In this document: piece after piece, positions 61,503 through 64,000 of the stretch
How the letters are laid out: the number at the start of each line of letters is the position of its first letter
Position numbering within the stretch: position 1 is the stretch's first letter
From: Octopus bimaculoides
Lineage: Eukaryota
Direction: 5' to 3'
DNA: 64,000 nt
NCBI RefSeq assembly: GCF_001194135.2
Contig: NC_068985.1
Location: 43,080,293-43,144,292, forward strand
Translations under genes and position numbers: made by a program
The notes under the pieces: model-generated
Told to the model about the DNA's origin: nothing
The model's database searches: none
What the model saw: only the letters and a program-made list of their open reading frames with translations

Positions 61503-62989
61503 CTGAAATACATAATTTATGAAACAATGGTAACACATACTTGCTAGACTGTATTTATACTACAGGAGCTATTTCATTGAGTTAGTAAACAATACAAAAG
61601 AAGAAAAAAAACATCACCATTAAACTATCTAAAAGGTAAAAAATAGATATTTAGGAATTTCATCGGACAAAATTCTGCATTTCAATATAAACTGATAGGA
61701 AATGATAAATTATTGCCAGAAGACACTAAAATGAAGAAATGTAAACCTTTGTTGTTGAAATTACAAAATATAGCTGTTTAAACTAGCAATGGACTACAAA
61801 AGTAAAATATCATGTGAGATGTACAAGTTTTTTCTTGTTAGGTTATTCAGATAAGAACTTTAGTGACAGCAACTAAAAATGAAGAAAGCCAGAATAAGAC
61901 CATTAGCAGCAGCACTTAGTGGATTAATAAACACAAAGTAAATTATGATCTACAGAATCAATTAAAAAAGCCTAATTATAGAATAGCTCTAAACAGAAAC
62001 AACATCACTGAGTAGAAATTGAATTTGTTACGTAATCAATATATATTTTGCGAATGGCTGAGGAAAGACAGTGATGAGAATTTACAGAGAAAGTTGGAAT
62101 GAGCAATTTTTATGTATATTTCAGATCTTTACTGTTATAGACAGCTGTATTTAGTAATGATGATGGACTCTCTTATTGCTTCAACAAATGAAGGTCCAAC
62201 AAGACACAACTGAAAAAAATCAACCATCACATTACAGCTGATTGTATGCAGGGTCAAAGCTAGAGATTTCCAGTATCTGTCCCAGCTGTCTCTTTCCCTA
62301 TTGCCACTGGACTTAGGAAGAAAATGCGACAGCGTTGGTGTTTTGGTTTGCTGATTAATCTGCACAATGAATATCATGATAGTAGGCATGGTTTGTGCAG
62401 AGCCAGTCTTACTCACTCATCCATAAAACTTGTATTAGTCTGGTGCAACAAGTTCCACAAGCCCAGGTTTTGCAGGATTTGTATGGAGCTACATTCTCTT
62501 AAATGAGCACCTAAAGAGCTGCATCTACCCTCGGTTCATTGGGGTGAGTAATCTGCTTCTAAAGACAATGCCATCAGAAGCTAAGTAACCTGCAGTTGAG
62601 ACAATGACAGGTGCTACTACTCTAGTCAGAGTTGATCTGGGATCAAAAGTGGCTAAGAGATAGTGCCACACTCCTCAAAACCCTAGAATTCTAGAACCAG
62701 GCCTCACTGGTAGATGCAGTAATGATAAAAACAGTGATATTGGCTTCAACTGATTTCTATTATAGCAAAGAATGTTGGTCTCTCCTATGAAAATTCCTAG
62801 TTTTTTGGGATTTTTTTAAAAATAGTAAATTGCATTCATGCAGTCAATTTTAATTAATGTGGTCTTTCTGAATCTCTAATGAAAATTATATTTTTATAAC
62901 ACCAGATTAAAAAAATAAATGCCAACTACAAATGTTTATTATTTGTACAGAAAAAAATCCCATTAAAATGAATTCAATACTATCCTCGT

Positions 62990-63500
62990 TTTACAGCCAT
63001 TTTTCCAGGATTGCATAGGTTGGATGAACCATGACATTTGTTGCAGTTCTTTCTTATCTCTATTGTGCGGTTCAACATCCTGAGATAAGGTTTTACAAAC
63101 TCTTCTCCTTCCGCTTAGATCAACTAGCATCCCTTTATCCCCCTGTCATTTTCCACACACATCACGTCTGTATCAGTGCAGTTTTCTACTCTACTTTGTA
63201 TCCAGTTATTCTATTAGTTTATTTGTTCCCTGATGCTCCATACACTGACATTATATACCCATTAGTAGAGCATGCTCACCTCCTTTCATTTTTTGAATTC
63301 TCCACATATATTCATCTTTTAGGACATATTTACATCATCATTTTAACATCCAATTTTCCATGTTCACATGATCAAAAAGAATTTGCAGAAGCAGATTTTC
63401 AGCTGCTGGACAACCTTCCCATCACTTATCATCACCTGTTTTACCCCATAGTCAGAATCTTTTCACAGAACATTGGAAATGAAGAACACTGTTTACATGG
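62990..63500 (-). mobile_element. Decayed RTE C-terminal/tail remnant and partial SINE E
   Basis: Minus-strand similarity to the RTE 3' ends and to SINE E bodies. Confidence 0.55.
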
Positions 63501-63574
63501 TGGTGACACTCATTTACAACATACAATGTCAAGGCAAGAAAACAGTTGAGCACACACACACACACACACACACA

Positions 63575-63740
63575 AACAAGTTTCTTTCAGTTTTTAAGTA
63601 CCAAATCTACTCACAAGACTTTGGTCAGCTCAAAGCTATAGAAGACATTTGCCCAAAATCCCATGCATTATTGGGACTGAACCCAGAACCATGTGATTGG
63701 GGAGCAAACTTCTTACCACACAGTCATACCTGTGCCTATT
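63575..63740 (-). mobile_element. CORE-like SINE
   Basis: tttcagttttt..ccaaatctactcacaag..gacatttgccc..gggactgaacccagaacc..cttcttaccacacagtc. Confidence 0.8.
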
Positions 63741-64000
63741 TCAGATATCAAAGAAAATTAATGATCTTTCTTTCATTACCATTAAGTCTCTTGGTGAAAT
63801 CATTCACATTGTAGTATCTGCCAAAATTTTCTGGAAATCAGTCAAGATAAGATTATTCAAAGAACATTTTCTTTCCACATTCTTTCAATAGCCGAGTTGA
63901 TAAAAGCTGTCAATTCTCAATTTGGTATTTCAACTTAAGAACTTTTAAATACCAAAAAGTTTCAAACAAGTTGAGGTTCATAACTTAACTTTAAAATTAC

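Noticed and set aside
62135-62750. Upstream HAPSTR1 exon or a nested gene
   Set aside because: No match to the expected N-terminal sequence (..WVPFQNAA..LYK), and stops in the candidate frames; probably an old repeat.
63031-63549. 172-aa plus-strand ORF
   Set aside because: Antisense to decayed RTE/SINE sequence, with no domain.

Overview
AT-rich eukaryotic genomic DNA full of microsatellites and transposons, with four N-gaps. The repeat complement (tRNA-derived SINEs, RTE LINE tails ending in (GAT)n, (TA)n/(CA)n tracts) and the single-exon C2H2 gene suggest an octopus (inference). Two protein-coding genes are supported, both on the minus strand. (1) An intronless 778-aa C2H2 zinc-finger ORF (2220-4556) with 4+1 intact N-terminal fingers. 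Its long tail contains decayed fingers and about eight D-[IVMT]-K-P motifs that fit SUMO-acceptor consensus. Candidate non-coding 5' exons and a CpG-rich promoter lie 17-19 kb upstream. (2) The last two coding exons and a ~3.9-kb 3' UTR of a HAPSTR1/C16orf72 orthologue (61200-61502, 59746-59936). The rest is mobile DNA: RTE LINE fragments, R4-type RLE LINE remnants, a Penelope-like GIY-YIG element with an inverted terminus, a mariner deletion derivative, a Tigger remnant, piggyBac/hAT/Tigger MITEs and several nested, modular SINE families. No CRISPR array, rRNA or intact tRNA gene is supported. SINE family letters (A, D, E, CORE-like) are my own labels. Boundaries of decayed repeats are approximate.
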